NCBI GenBank assembly: GCA_951406725.2
Contig: OX597831.1
Coordinates: forward strand, 43,896,001 to 43,960,000
DNA from: Octopus vulgaris
Lineage: Eukaryota
Reading direction: 5' to 3'
Length of the DNA stretch: 64,000 nt
In this document: positions 43,412-56,708 of the stretch, in pieces
Layout of the letters: the number at the start of each line of letters is the position of its first letter
How positions within the stretch are numbered: position 1 is the first letter of the stretch
Position numbers and translations under genes: made by a program
The notes under the pieces: model-generated
The model's input: only the letters and a program-made list of their open reading frames with translations
Told to the model about the DNA's origin: nothing
Databases searched by the model: none

Positions 43412-43676
43412 GAGATATATGGCGTAGTGGTTAAGAGCGCGGGCTACTAACCCCAAGATTCCGAGTTCGATTCCAAGCAGTGACCTGAACAATAATAATT
43501 ATAATAATAATAATAACATCGAAGAATACCTTAAGAATGAGAACGCAGGTTCGAAATTTCCCCGACACCTGAAGAAGGCTGGAGGGTATATCAGCTGAAA
43601 CGTTGTGTTAACAAGAAACAAGATGAGGACAAATATCCGTCAAATGTAAATAATGTAAATAATGTAAATAATGTAA
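43412..43676 (+). mobile_element. tRNA-headed SINE containing a hammerhead motif and an (AATGTAAAT)n tail
   Basis: A box tggcgtagtgg (43420), anticodon-like arm ggg-ctactaa-ccc, B box gagttcgattcc (43463), (AAT)n linker, hammerhead, tandem tail 43643-43676. Confidence 0.75.
43564..43609 (+). ncRNA. Minimal type I hammerhead ribozyme motif
   Basis: GACAC CTGAAGA a ggctg gagggtatat cagct GAAA cg TT GTGTT. Confidence 0.75.
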
Positions 43677-44671
43677 GAGACAGTGAACTTTATTATTATA
43701 CACTCAACCACATAAACACACGCATACACACATACACCCCCCCATACATGCAAACAAATATACATGTGTCTTTTACTTTTATCTTTTACTCGTTTCAGTC
43801 AACTGATTGCGGCCATGCTGGGGCACCTCCATGAAATTTTAGTCGAATGTATCGACCCCAGTACTTATAATTTTATAAAGCCTGGTACTTTTTCTATCGT
43901 TTTTTCTTTTGTCGAAGGAGAAACGTAAACACACGAACACCGATCTCAAGCGGTGGGAAGGAAGGAAAACACACATACGACGAGCTTCTTTCAGTTTCCA
44001 TCTACCAAATCCACTCACAAGGCCTTGGTCAGCTCGAGGCTATAGTAGAAGCCACTTGCCCGGTGTACCACACAGTGAGAATGAACCTGGAACCATGTGG
44101 TCAGAAAGGAAGCTTCTTACCCCACAGCCACGCCACATATCCATACATATGTCCTAGGTATGATTTTAAATTGCATACGGTAGTGGGGCCATGGTTTGTG
44201 ATTTCTGGGATTTTGAAGATTGTGGGACGACCTCTTAAGCTATTATTGTTCCCAGGTTGACTTGACCCTGAGTAATAACACCCATTAGGGTCCCAGTTAG
44301 GGTTTAATTAACATGTGAACCACTGGGTATAAGAGACCCCTAGTTCTCGTTAGAACTTCCTTCTAGAAGAAGGTAGAGTAACCTTCTGTGTTAAAAAATC
44401 TGAAGTGCTGATGGATTCTGGTCGTTTCAATTTGTTATGTCGTTGGTGTTAAAGTTGATTGCACTGAAAAATGAGTTCAGTGCGATGCAACATATTATGT
44501 TCTCAAAACAAATTCATGCACAGGAACTTCTTGGAGTCTTGGAACGTTTGCATGAACTTATTGAGTTTAGGAAATATTTCATCGACACGAGTTGACTTCA
44601 ACCGAAAACATACATATCTATATACACGCATACATACCTATATACAGATGCATACATATATACATACATAC

Positions 44672-44766
<95 letters not shown>

Positions 44767-44801
44767 CAATCAGTTATAGATACAAATGCACTCACACCCA
44801 C

Positions 44802-44832
<31 letters not shown>

Positions 44833-44846
44833 TGTATGTATGTATG

Positions 44847-44912
<66 letters not shown>

Positions 44913-44915
<3 letters not shown>

Positions 44916-45103
44916 GAAATTCACAGAAAAACAAAAGACGGAGACAGGTGTGTAAACAACAAGCAGGTGTATTAGTATGACGCTCGGGAAAGTGAGAAAG
45001 TCTTTTACGTTTCGAGCCTACGCGCTTGAACAGAAAGAAACACGAGTAAATAAACAGAGAGAGAATAAAGAAACTTTGGGAATTAGCGGTCTTATTCATG
45101 GCG
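44913..45103 (-). mobile_element. Sibling of the 11440/40046 elements with decayed hammerhead (45002-45037)
   Basis: Minus strand: CTTT CTGTTCA agcgcgtaggctc GAAA cg TA AAAG; abuts (TA)n. Confidence 0.65.
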
Positions 45104-45111
45104 TAAGCATC

Positions 45112-45369
45112 AGTTTATTCAAAGATATTCAAAACTATAATATGAAATTTTTATTCCTACAGCCGTTTTAATGTCCAACTAAAATTCAATTAGAGAAATT
45201 AAATTAGATAAAAAATTAAATTAAAATGTTCATATTGAAACTGGTTAATTGGATATTTCATCAGGGGAGAATGTCCATAAAGGAGTTACATTCCAACGTG
45301 TTAGTCGACCCTTGACAGACTCAGATGTGTGCGTTTTAGTACTGTATGTATTTAAAAAATCCGTTATGA

Positions 45370-45454
<85 letters not shown>

Positions 45455-45630
45455 TATAAACAAATATGTATGGTATAGATGTGCGCACGCGTTTGTAGTA
45501 CATAATAGTTGTTATTGGTGGAGTTATAGCAGTTAGGGTGAACTAATTGGATTAAATCACTTGGACATAGAAACGGCTGTAGGGATAGGAATTTCATATT
45601 ATGTTGTTTTGAATATCTTTGAATAAATTA
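45112..45630. mobile_element. Inverted-repeat element with long-stem-II hammerhead-like motif and internal (TA)n
   Basis: Arms ~45112-45193 and ~45543-45629; motif on the minus strand at 45154-45268. Confidence 0.6.
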
Positions 45631-45949
45631 ATCTCTATACGTCAATTTCTCCATTTTCTTCCTTTTCCCATTCATAAATATTTTAAATACCAATATACAT
45701 CAATGCAAATCTAATGTATTTAGTTTTTCACTGAACACTGGTATAGACCAGAGAACTAGGATGCAAACATCCGTTAAGGGATTACAATTTAACAGACTTG
45801 ATATGCAGTATTCCTAACGTTTTCTCAGTCCTGGAATGAGGAATATTCAGCGTTCTTATTGTGTTTTTCCTCAATCTCTAATATTGTTTGAAGTGGTTGA
45901 CCTTCCAACAGAGATTTCAGTTTAAGGAACAAAAAATTTTCTAAAAAAC

Positions 45950-46357
45950 TAGGAGTGGCTGTGTGGTAAGTAGCTTGCTTACCAACCACATGGTTTCGGG
46001 TTCAGTCCCACTGCGTGGTACCTTGGGCAAGTGTCTTCTACTATAGCCTCGGGCCGACCAAATCCACTTGTGAGTGGATTTGGTAGACGGAAACTGAAAG
46101 AAGCCCGTCGTATATATGTATATACATATATATGTATGTGTGTGTATATGTTTGCGTGTCTTTGTTTGTACTCCCAACATCGCTTGACAACCGATGGTGG
46201 TGTGTTTACGTCCCCGTAACTTAGCGGTTCGGCGAAAGAGACCGATAGAACAAGTACTAGGCTTACAAAGAATAAGTCCTGGGGATCGATTTGCTCGACT
46301 AAAGGCGGTGCTCCAGCATGGCCACAGTCAAATGACTGAAACAAGTAAAAGAGTAAA
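45950..46357 (+). mobile_element. SINE family B, full length
   Basis: Head aggagtggctgtgtggtaag, B-box-like ggttcagtccc, tail gaaacaagtaaaagagtaaaa. Confidence 0.9.
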
Positions 46358-46763
46358 ACAAAATTAGAAAATGATGTCTGCCAGGGCTAAATCTGGAGAG
46401 TCGCGTATTTGGAGAATTAGTGTCGTTTCGTGTTTTACCCCAAAGTGACGAACACGTGAACAGTTATGCTGTGATGGTGCTAGCATATGTGCTTTGTTTG
46501 TAAATGGACTACGTCTTACAACTCATCCTTTATGCTGCCTCTCCCAAACGCCTCAAGGCATCCAAGTAAAACACTTCATTGATTGTCTGACTACGTTGCA
46601 CGAACACACGATGAACGGCGCCGTTTTATTGAATAGAGACAATCTGTTGAGTGACTGCCCTGCATTTTGAGTTGCGGTGACGATGATCCAACTAACCGCG
46701 GTGACTTTCTTTTTGTGTTGATATTGTCGTCTTATAAAACCCTTGTTTATAATACTTGTTATA

Positions 46764-47150
46764 GTAGGAGCACTCCGTCGGTTGCGACGATGAGGGTCCC
46801 AGCTGATACGATCAACGGAACAGCTTGCTCGTGATATTAACGTGCAAGTGGCTGAGCACTCCACAGACACGTGTACTCTTAACGTAGTTCTCGAGGAGAT
46901 TCAGCGTGACACACAGAATGTGACAAGGCTGGCCCTTTGAAATACAGGTACAAGAGAAACAGGAAGAAAGAGCGAGAGAAAGTTGTGGTGAAAGAGTACA
47001 GCAGGGTTCACCACCACCCCCTGCCGGAGCCTCGTGGAGCTTTAGGTGTTTTCGCTCAATAAACACTCACAATGCCCGGTCTGGGAATCGAAACCGCGCT
47101 CCTCCGACCGCGAGTCCGCTGCCCTAACCACTGGGCCATTGCGCCTCCAC
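46764..47150 (-). mobile_element. SINE family A, full length with TSD
   Basis: 14-bp TSD taatacttgttata at 46750 and 47151. Confidence 0.9.
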
Positions 47151-47789
47151 TAATACTTGTTATAACCCTTGTTATAATACTTTACAAAAAATATTCATCT
47201 TTAAACGACGAAAAAGCTTCTGACTAGCTGTGAAGCGGTTCGACAGTCATTAAAGAAGATAAATGTTTGTGACAACACTGTGCTCCTTCAGGTTGATTAT
47301 TTTTTTTCTGTTAAAATCATGTGGTTTGAACTTTTACAGACGCCTACTTCACCGGAAACATAACAGATAATTAAATAACGATTCTCACGGATCACAATAT
47401 GTTCTTTCTCAACGAGATTGTCATTAATTGTCTGCAAGGTCGTTCGGATTTGCGATTATCTTTGGTGGAAATTCCCCTTGGTTTTAAATAGTTATACTAT
47501 TCATAACATTACATAGAGCTCAAAGAATCCCGTCCACCCTACGCCATTGGCGTATTGTAATACCAGAACAGACTTAGAATTTTTTTTTTAGTTTTTAAGA
47601 GAAATTCACATTAGATATAGTCATGTGGTATAAAAGGTTCGCTTTGCAAACACTTGGTCTCAAGTTCAGTCCATTTGCGGAACACCTTGAGCGAATGTCT
47701 TCTACTATGACGCGAGCCGACCAATGTACTGTGAGTGGACATGTTTGACGGAAACTATGTAGTCGTTTTTAAGTAGAGTTATTCACATA

Positions 47790-48173
47790 GTGGAGGCGCA
47801 ATGGCCCAGTGGTTAGGGCAGCGGACTCGCGGTCGTAGGATCGCGGTTTCGATTCCCAGACCGGGCGTTGTGAGTGTTTATTGAGCGAAAACACCTAAAG
47901 CACCACGAGGCTCCGGCAGGGATGGTGGTGATCCCTGCTGTACTCTTTCACCACAACTTTCTCTCACTCTTACTTCCTGTTTCTGTTGTACCTGTATTTC
48001 AAAGGGCCGGCCTTGTCACTCTCTGTGTCACGCTGAATATCCCCGAGAACTACGTTAAGGGTACACGTGTCTGTGGAGTGCTCAGCCACTTACACGTTAA
48101 TTTCACGAGCAGGCTGTTCCGTTGATCGGATCAACCGGAACCCTCGTCGACGTAACCGACGGAGTGCTTTCGC
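47790..48173 (+). mobile_element. SINE family A, full length with TSD
   Basis: 10-bp TSD tattcacata at 47780 and 48174; near-identical to the 17054 copy. Confidence 0.9.
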
Positions 48174-48419
48174 TATTCACATACCAAACTAGTTTCGTCT
48201 ATTTTTTTTTCCTTATCAATGGTACGAATATAAAAAAGAAGGTAGTGGTTAGCAGAGCTTAAAATTACACGGTAAAAATTGAACAACCATGTTTAAAGCA
48301 TTAAATGTTCAAATGTTCACAGAAATTTCAGTTAGTTTCACAGGGATAGATTGTAATATCACTGTAAATGTTCGGCGAAAATCATAACAAATATACATTA
48401 TTGAAAGTCCATTCATACT

Positions 48420-48829
48420 CTTTTAACTCTTTTACTTGTTTCAGTCATTTGACTGTGGCCATGCTGAAGCACCGCCTTTAGTCGAGCAAATCGACCCCAG
48501 GACTTATTCTTTGTAAGCTTAGTACTTATTCTATTGGTCTCTTTTGCCGAACCGCTAAGTTACGGAGACATAAACACACCAGCATCGGTTGTCAAGCGAT
48601 GTTGGGGGACAAACACAGACACACAAACATATACACACACATACATATACATATATATACATATATACGACTGGCTTGTTTTCAGTTTCCGTCTACCAAA
48701 TCCACTCACAAGGCTTTGGTCGGCCCGAGGCTATAGTAGAAGACACTTGCCCCAAGATGCCACGCAGTGGGACTGAACCCGGAACCATGTGGTTGGGAAG
48801 CAAGCTACTTACCACACAGCCACTCCTGC
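48420..48829 (-). mobile_element. SINE family B, full length
   Basis: Reverse complement of the 45950 copy. Confidence 0.9.
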
Positions 48830-49029
48830 GCATATACTGAGTTTTATAAAATAAATGCAGAAGAAAGAGAAAAAGGTGGAGAGAAAGAAAAAAGAAGTTT
48901 TTTTTTTTACAATTTCTGTCGTGGTGCATGTAGTACTTTTTTCAATTTCAGCCTCAGTGCACTCACTGGTCTCTTTCCCATTCACTGCTTGTTGAAGTTG
49001 AAAGTAATTTGGGTCGTCCGATATATATA

Positions 49030-49542
49030 TCTATATATATAAAACTGTAGTTGTGTAAGTGTCTGTCCCCTTCGATTTAGATTCCTAACTACTCCCACAT
49101 TTTGCGGTGCAGTTTAACCAAATTCTGGTATCTTATAGTCGTGATTCATATCGAGCCCGTCTGGCTATTAGTGCGCGTCTACGATGAGTCTACGATTTTA
49201 AAAATAATTTAACATCATTTTTTATTCCATTTTAATGCATAATTTTTCGTGTGTCGATGGCGGCGGAGTTGGCGTCCATGGTCACACCTGCACCTGTTTG
49301 CTTCTCCCCCGTCTTACCTCCCTCGTGAAGCTGTGGGAAAGGGAGTGTAAGGAAATCAACGTCGTAAAGCGTTGTCAAGGAGACCAGCGTTCTTTTAGAA
49401 CAACGACTTCATGGCTTGAAGACACCAAAACAGAAATGGCTAAGAAAGCCCAAATTGGCATCTATAAGGGAAGTAACTCTCTAAAAATGCTTATATAGTT
49501 ATTTCCCTTACAAACCCGAGCAACGCCGGGCGATACTGCTAG
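49030..49542 (+). mobile_element. Non-autonomous Helitron
   Basis: A|TC ... hairpin plus CTAG|T; same ends as the 10687 copy with a different internal segment. Confidence 0.8.
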
Positions 49543-49552
49543 TATATATATA

Positions 49553-49905
49553 CAGTAATCCCTCGTTTTGGAACGTAACACCCGCGATAGGTGAAAATCC
49601 GCGAAGTAGAAACAGTACTGTATTGTATATATTTTCAAAATTATTTCTATAATTTGTATATATTCATTTTATTATAAATGCAGAAGGACACCACGGAAAA
49701 ATCGACGTAAGCTTAAATAATAAACCGCGATAGGTGAAAATCCGCGAAGTAGAAACAGTACTGTATTGTATATATTTTCAAAATTATTTCTATAATTTGT
49801 ATATATTCATTTTATTATAAATGCAAAAGGACACCACGGAAAAATCGACGTAAGCTTAAATAATAAACCGCGATAGGTGAACCACGATAGAGCGAGCGTT
49901 TACTG
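49553..49905. mobile_element. MITE (Tc1/mariner/pogo-type) with 143-bp internal tandem duplication
   Basis: TA|cagtaatccctcg ... cgagcgtttactg|TA; ccgcgataggtgaa at 49582, 49725 and 49868. Confidence 0.75.
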
Positions 49906-49942
49906 TATATAATTGGTTTTACGGAAAAGGATCTAATTTTGG

Positions 49943-50313
49943 ATTGGTTATAATTTTAATGACGTTTAATCCTTTTCTCGTGGGTGTTTTGATCAAAATC
50001 CTTTGTGGCAAAGTTTAGTGTTTTGGTTGGTTGGCTTCCTGGTGACGACCACAGTCAAAGAACAATTCTGATTGGTTATAGGCTTCGTGACGTCACTTTA
50101 TTTTGATCAAAAATATTTTCCGTTTTGGACAAAATATTTTTGTTTTGGTAAAGTTCAGCGTTGTGCTTGCTTGACTTCCTCCTAGGGACTCGGTAATTTT
50201 CTTTCTGATGGTCTTCCAGCGTTATGGTTGGTTGGTTCCCTTAAAAAGTCACTGTTTGTTTGTTTTTTCTGAGGGTCCCGTTCTGACCATTGGTTTTGTC
50301 TGAGGTGACGTCA
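49943..50313. promoter_or_regulatory. Four CCAAT/CRE composite motifs (RTTGG-N12-TGACG) downstream of the Penelope ORF
   Basis: ATTGG or GTTGG at 49943, 50026, 50071, 50289, each followed after exactly 12 nt by TGACG at 49960, 50043, 50088, 50306. Confidence 0.5.
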
Positions 50314-50451
50314 GAAATTAGTGTTTGAAAAACTGTATGGTGTTATCTAACAGTAATCTGGAGTTGGGGTTTCGAATCCGTAGATGAAACTGTTACCTAA
50401 GATTTCAAATTATATCTGTTGTCTCTGGTCGTTTTTCGTGGAAAGGTTGAG

Positions 50452-51480
50452 TTAGAGAATATTTAGTTCCAGTTTGTATTTTTTAACGAGCATGCTTTCC
50501 TTATTCAATCGGAATTGGGTCGAAGTGTTTCTAGTGCATTGATAGAGAGGGAAAATTTGGTATTTCGGATTTATGTCTACGGAGCATTGATCTAAGTGTT
50601 TGCGTACGGGAATTTTCCTGGTCGTGGATCCCGGATCTTTTGTCTGTGTGCCGTCAGACCGTCCCGCAAGGTCAAGTAAATTTTATCTATGTAGTCCCCA
50701 CCACATCCACCACATTTAAGGACATAAATTAAGTTCTTCGATGCAGAGGTGAAGTGTCTTTTTATGGAGAATATGTTGAACCATCTAAAAGGTTGATGCA
50801 AGTCCCGCAGTTAGGGTAGTTGCATTTTTTGACTAGTAGGATTGTATTTTTGGTGGGTAATTTGGACTTGGTAAGTAACCGTTTTAGGGCTGTCTTTTAC
50901 TTTTAATAATTCTATGTGCTTCAAGTGCTTTCTTCACTTGCAGGTCGTTCACAAGTAGGGGTATATTCTGATGGATGATACTGTTCCTTGGATTGTGTGT
51001 TGATACGTAAGACAAAGTTTTAAGTGCAATCATGCAAATTCATCTTGCCAAGCTAAAAGGTACATTGATTTTAATATGCGTTGGGTGACAGGAAGAGAAT
51101 GATAGATATTGTTTTGAGTCCGTTGGTTTAAAATAGAAGTCGGTTTCAATTTTAAGATTAAAATGTCAAGAAAGGGTAGCTGTTTGTGACTGTTTGCCAT
51201 TGTAGATTGAATACTGTGGTTAATGTTAATTAACTAAGTTTTTAAATTCTAAGAGTTGGTCAAGGTTATGTGACCACATAATGAAACCATCATCCAGATA
51301 GCGTTTCCAGTTGGCGAGTAAGTATTTTTGGAAGTCGTCTCCAAATTTCAGTCTAGCGTGTTCATATATTTGGACTTCCAAGTATGCCATGATAAGATTA
51401 GCAAAAGTAAGGGCTACCCTCGTTCCTATCGCAGTCACCGATTGTTGCCTGTAGGTGTTCAACTTCATCGAGAACCTTAT
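50452..51480 (-). pseudogene. Decayed Penelope-like element ORF: RT, thumb, Cys linker and GIY-YIG endonuclease
   Basis: YRQQSVTAIGTRVALTFANLIM, WKRYLDDGF, LPFLDI, TDFYFKPTDSKQYL..SSCHP, KCNYPNCGTC, SKNLIYVLKCGGCGGDYI...LR...HR; frameshifts. Confidence 0.9.
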
Positions 51481-52146
51481 TTTCCTCGTTGCTTGACAAC
51501 CGGTGCTGGTTTGTTTATGTCTCGGTAGGTGAGCGGTTTCGCAAAAAGTGGTCGATTGAATAAATATCACACTTAAAACACCCGGGTGGATTTGATCGAC
51601 TAAAACGTTCAAGATAGCTCCTTTGCTTGGACACGCTGTCTAATGAGCGGAATAACTAAAAGATAAAAAGCGTACCCTTGTAAAACCAAAAGTTGTTTGA
51701 TATAATAAAATAACAGAAACCGGTGAGGTTGGCAGAATCGTTAGCCGGTCACACAATGTTTAGCAACATTTCTCTCGGCCTTACGTCCTGAGTTCAAATT
51801 CTGTCGAGGTAGACTTTCTCTTTCGTCCTTTCGTGATCGATAACTTCGATAACTTAGAATGGTTTTGGCCATTATCGGTCCAGGCCATGACTAACTCAAC
51901 AGCACCACCTGAAAAATCTTTTAGTTAATTATTTCGGGACACTGTGGACTACTCAAGCAGAGAATTGTTGTTGGGTGAGACGGTCAAGTACTGGGGTTCA
52001 TGGTAACGACTAACACTCACCGCTCAAAACCGGTGGCCTTGTACCAAAATTTGAAACCATAATGTTAAGAAAAGAATTCTTACTACAAAGACACACATGC
52101 ACACATGAACATACACACACACATGTATATATATATAATATACATA

Positions 52147-52281
52147 AAAAATAAGCAGCAAGAATGACTCCGGAGTCATTCTTGTTGCTTATTTTTGATT
52201 ATAATCACCCCGCAAATTTTTATGGGTAACACCATACAAAATTCTGGTGCATCTAAATTAAGTACCATATTCATTTGAACC
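52147..52281. mobile_element. Loopless 50-bp palindrome (52147-52196) plus tail next to (TA)n
   Basis: aaaaataagcagcaagaatgactcc|ggagtcattcttgttgcttattttt. Confidence 0.65.
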
Positions 52282-52289
52282 TATATATA

Positions 52290-52401
<112 letters not shown>

Positions 52402-52413
52402 GTATGTATATGT

Positions 52414-52445
<32 letters not shown>

Positions 52446-52798
52446 TCTCACACACCCAAACATGTTATATATATACTATTATGAGCATGGTAAAACAACC
52501 CCGACATTTGCTTGTAAAATTTTCGAAACCTTTGAATGGTTTAAATGATTTCGAAATGAAAATAACTCTCCCGGATAATAATAATAATGATAATGATAAT
52601 AATAATGATAACAACAACAACAACAACAACAACAACAATTGGGAGTTTGTTTTTCTCCGGAATAAAGTTGTTATAATATAAATTCTTACGTCAATCAATT
52701 CCTCATTCACAAAAGAATGTTCTATTACGGAAATAGATTTTCAACGGTTTAGAACCGATCAAATTTGTAGCGATTACACAAAAATACATACATATGCA

Positions 52799-52939
<141 letters not shown>

Positions 52940-53642
52940 TCTAGAACGCTCTACAATGAAATCAATTCAGTCGGCTTAATAAAAATAATAGTTAAGCAAT
53001 ATTTGATAAAATGATCTGCAGAATTCCTGTTTTCTAATTTTCTTAACTATTTTTCTCTTTTCTTTTTCCTTTTCTTTTTTGTTTTTGTTTAAATTCGGAT
53101 AAGGAAATGGAAACTGAAGAATGCAATTAAAATAGTAGACAGGTTTGTTTGTTTGTGTGTTTATGTGTTTGTTTGTTTGTTTTTCTTTGTTGGATTGTTT
53201 GTTGCGTTTTCTAGAGGTGAAGCCAATTTCTTTAATAGGAATATTTATATATTAGATAAATTTAATACTCAGTAACTATTTCTAACTGTTAAAAGTGATT
53301 CTACTCTTCAGCTAAATACACTGTTTGTGGAAAATTGGAATACTGTTGGGCTAAACTAAATTATTCGTTACAGCGTTCACGAAAAGGATGTGGAATCTTT
53401 AAGTAGAATGCAAACAGCTGTCAATACCTGACATCATGGGTAAGTGTATATTACCACAGCAATACACGTGATTTATAAGAATAGGTTCAATCGGTACGCC
53501 AGTCTGTTAAAAGTAACTCTTGGTATCTTTTAGCTGGCTGACATAGATTTGGAAATTTTTTTAATTAAATGGAAATTTTCGTATATTGATGTAACTTTTC
53601 ATGTTGAATTCGAATTTGGGATTCATTTGTTCCATGAAAGAA

Positions 53643-53833
53643 CGGCTGTGTGGTAAGTAGCTTGCTTACCAACCACATGGTTCCGGGTTCAGTCCCATTT
53701 CGTGGCACTTTGGGCAGGCGTCTTCTACTATAGCCTCGGGCCGACCAAAGCTTTATGAGTGGATTTGGTAGACGGAAACTGAAAGAAGCCCGTCGTATAT
53801 ATGTATATATATATGTGTGTGTGTATGTGTGTG

Positions 53834-53865
<32 letters not shown>

Positions 53866-54132
53866 TGTATGTATGTATGTATGTATGTCTGTATGTATGT
53901 ATGTATGTATGTATGTATGTATGTATGTATGTGTGTCTGTGTTTGTCCCCCAGCATCGCTTGACAACCGATGCTGGTGTGTTTACGTCCCCGTAATTTAG
54001 CGGTTCGGTAAAACAGACCGATAGAATAAGTGCTAGGCTTACAAAGAATAAGTCCTGGGGTCAATTTGCTCGACTAAAGGCGGTGCTCCATCATGGCCGC
54101 AGTCAAGTGACTGAAACAAGTAAAAGAGTGAA
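53643..54132 (+). mobile_element. SINE family B with expanded internal (TATG)n
   Basis: Same head, body and tail as the 45950 copy. Confidence 0.85.
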
Positions 54133-55097
54133 GAGTATAATTGTTTAAAACATCGGATGGCTGAGAGCGTTCATCTGAATGAAACAGGAATCAAAGTGGT
54201 TTAAAACGGTTGAGAAACACTGGCGTATTATATATATATATATGTGTGTAGAGGTGCATCAGCAAAAGCAAGCAGTGCTCCAAAAGCATTTTTTTTTCTT
54301 TGGGAATGCAGAGGGAATACATACAGGAATACATACATACATGGTGGTTGCCCCCTCGTTATCGAGTATGCCCATTGCACGAAGCTTAATCAATGTTGTT
54401 ATCGTGCAATGCCTGTGCACGAAGATTTCTTTTAAAGTGAGGAAAGGCTGTGCACTGAGTCAATCCCACTCACTAAGCAACAGCAGCCATAATCCGAAAA
54501 GAAGAACAAGTCAACATCATCGGTAACCACTGAGCCGCAGGTTTTTTGTCGGAGTTATCTCAGTTACCTGAGATGCCCTAACAAAGGATGCCCTAACAAA
54601 GGCTAGGAGTCCTTCACTCCCAATGGTTTAACCGCCATCAGGTATTCAGTCCGATTATTTCTATGTCCATGCGCATGATACAGCCTTAAGACATTTATTG
54701 GATGGCCATTGACTCTCAAGATTTCCTCCACTTTTTGACGGGTTTTGTTTTTCATCCCGCATGGTGTCCAATAAACACCCTCCTAACCAAGCAAGCTTGG
54801 TGGGGTTGCCGGTTTAGTCGCCGACGATCCGACCATGCAACAGGTTGTACTGGGTTTCATGTTACCAGTAGCACTCAAAAGTGACCTGACATACATACAT
54901 ACATACATGCATACATACATCAATCCATACATCCATCCATAAATACATACATACAAAAATATCCTGTTGATATTGTTGAAAGTTCAATGAAGGAGCCTTG
55001 GATCTAGGTTAGAAACCGTTCCTTTCTCTATTGTCAAGAAATCTTGAAATAAAATTGAATAAGGATATACACACATACATATACATCACAACATGTT

Positions 55098-55143
<46 letters not shown>

Positions 55144-55188
55144 TGTGTATGTGTATGTGTGTGTGTGTGTGTATTCATATATATTCAC

Positions 55189-56708
55189 ACAGGATAAATG
55201 AAAAGTATGTAGGCATTAAAAATTGGTAATAAAATCAATATTTCTTTCAAATTTATTATACATGTTCTGTATTACATGGGAAAATGAAAGTAAGTCTTCA
55301 CTGGTGGCGTCAGCCAGTTTCCTCAAACGGCTAGGGATGGAATGAACAACCTTCTGAAAGACGGGATATCATTAAGAACCTCCTGAATGCGTGTCTCTAG
55401 ATTTTGTCTTGTACACCTCCTCTTTTGTGTAACCCCACAGGTAAAAATCACATGGAGTGAGATCTGGATTTCTTGGAGTTTTGGACTTCTGCAGTCACAG
55501 TCTTCAGATTTTAGCTTCTGCGTGTAATAGGGTTTCCCCGGACGAAAATTCAATTCTTTATGCAATACCGAACGTATTGTGTGTCTTGTTTGTCCACTTT
55601 CACGAGCTGCTTGACGTGTTGATTTTTTGCAGGCTGCAATTAAACATTTCCTGCACAGTTGCCACGATCTCCGCTGATCGGGATATAGTTAGACGGCCAC
55701 TTCTTGCATCGTTCAGTGTCCGTGGTCATCAGCTTTGCACGACAACTTTTTATTGTCTCCGGACGTAGTGTTGCATGCTTACCTTTCCATGCACACCACC
55801 ATCTCTAAACCAAAACAATGGAATTCCATACTTCATAGCGTGTTGCTATCTTAGCTCGTTCCTGAACAGCCAAGCGACCGGTCATCTGGAAAATAAGAAA
55901 TAAGACAATAAGACAATAAGACAATAAGACAATAAAGAAAATTAAAAATCTCCACTAGTGTTATCTGTTTCAAAAATGTTTTCGTCATGGCTCCACTCAC
56001 ACTAAAAATTCTATTTAAAAAATTTATTTCTAAGCAATTTCTGATGCCTAGTTACTTTCCACCCACTGTTTATATGTAACCTCACAGGTAAAAATCACAT
56101 GGAGTGAGATCTGAACTTCTTGGAGTTCTGGACTTCTGCGGTCACAGTCTTCAGGTTTTAGCTTCTGCGCGTAATAGGGTTTCCCCGGACGAAAATTCAA
56201 TTCTTTATGCAATACCGAACGTATTGTGTGTCTTGTTTGTCCACTTTCACGAGCTGCTTGACGTGTTGATTTTTTGCAGGCTGCAATTAAACATTTCCTG
56301 CACAGTTGCCACGATCTCCGCTGATCGGGATATAGTTAGACGGCCACTTCTTGCATCGTTCAGTGTCCGTGGTCATCAGCTTTGCACGACAACTTTTTAT
56401 TGTCTCCGGACGTAGTGTTGCATGCTTACCTTTCCATGCAAACCACCATCTCTAAACCAAAACAATGGAATTCCATACTTCATAGCGTGTTGCTATCTTA
56501 GCTCGTTCCTGAACAGCCAAGCGACCGGTCATCTGGAAAATAAGAAATAAGACAATAAGACAATAAGACAATAAAGAAAATTAAAAATCTCCACTAGTGT
56601 TATCTGTTTCAAAAATGTTTTCGTCATGGCACCACTGACACTAAAAATTCTATTTAAAAAATTTTATTTCTAAGCAATTTCTGATGCCTAGTTACTTTCC
56701 ACCCACTG
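55189..56708 (-). mobile_element. Deleted Tc1/mariner relic whose right ~640 bp is tandemly duplicated
   Basis: Imperfect TIRs (gaaaagtatgtaggcat / atgcctagttactttcc); DLTPCDFYLWG-like motif on the minus strand; copies start at 55429 and 56076 (offset 647). Confidence 0.75.

Noticed and set aside
54340-54890. Possible RTE-type LINE 5' UTR with an HDV-like ribozyme
   Set aside because: Looks repeat-derived, but the nested double pseudoknot could not be assembled by eye
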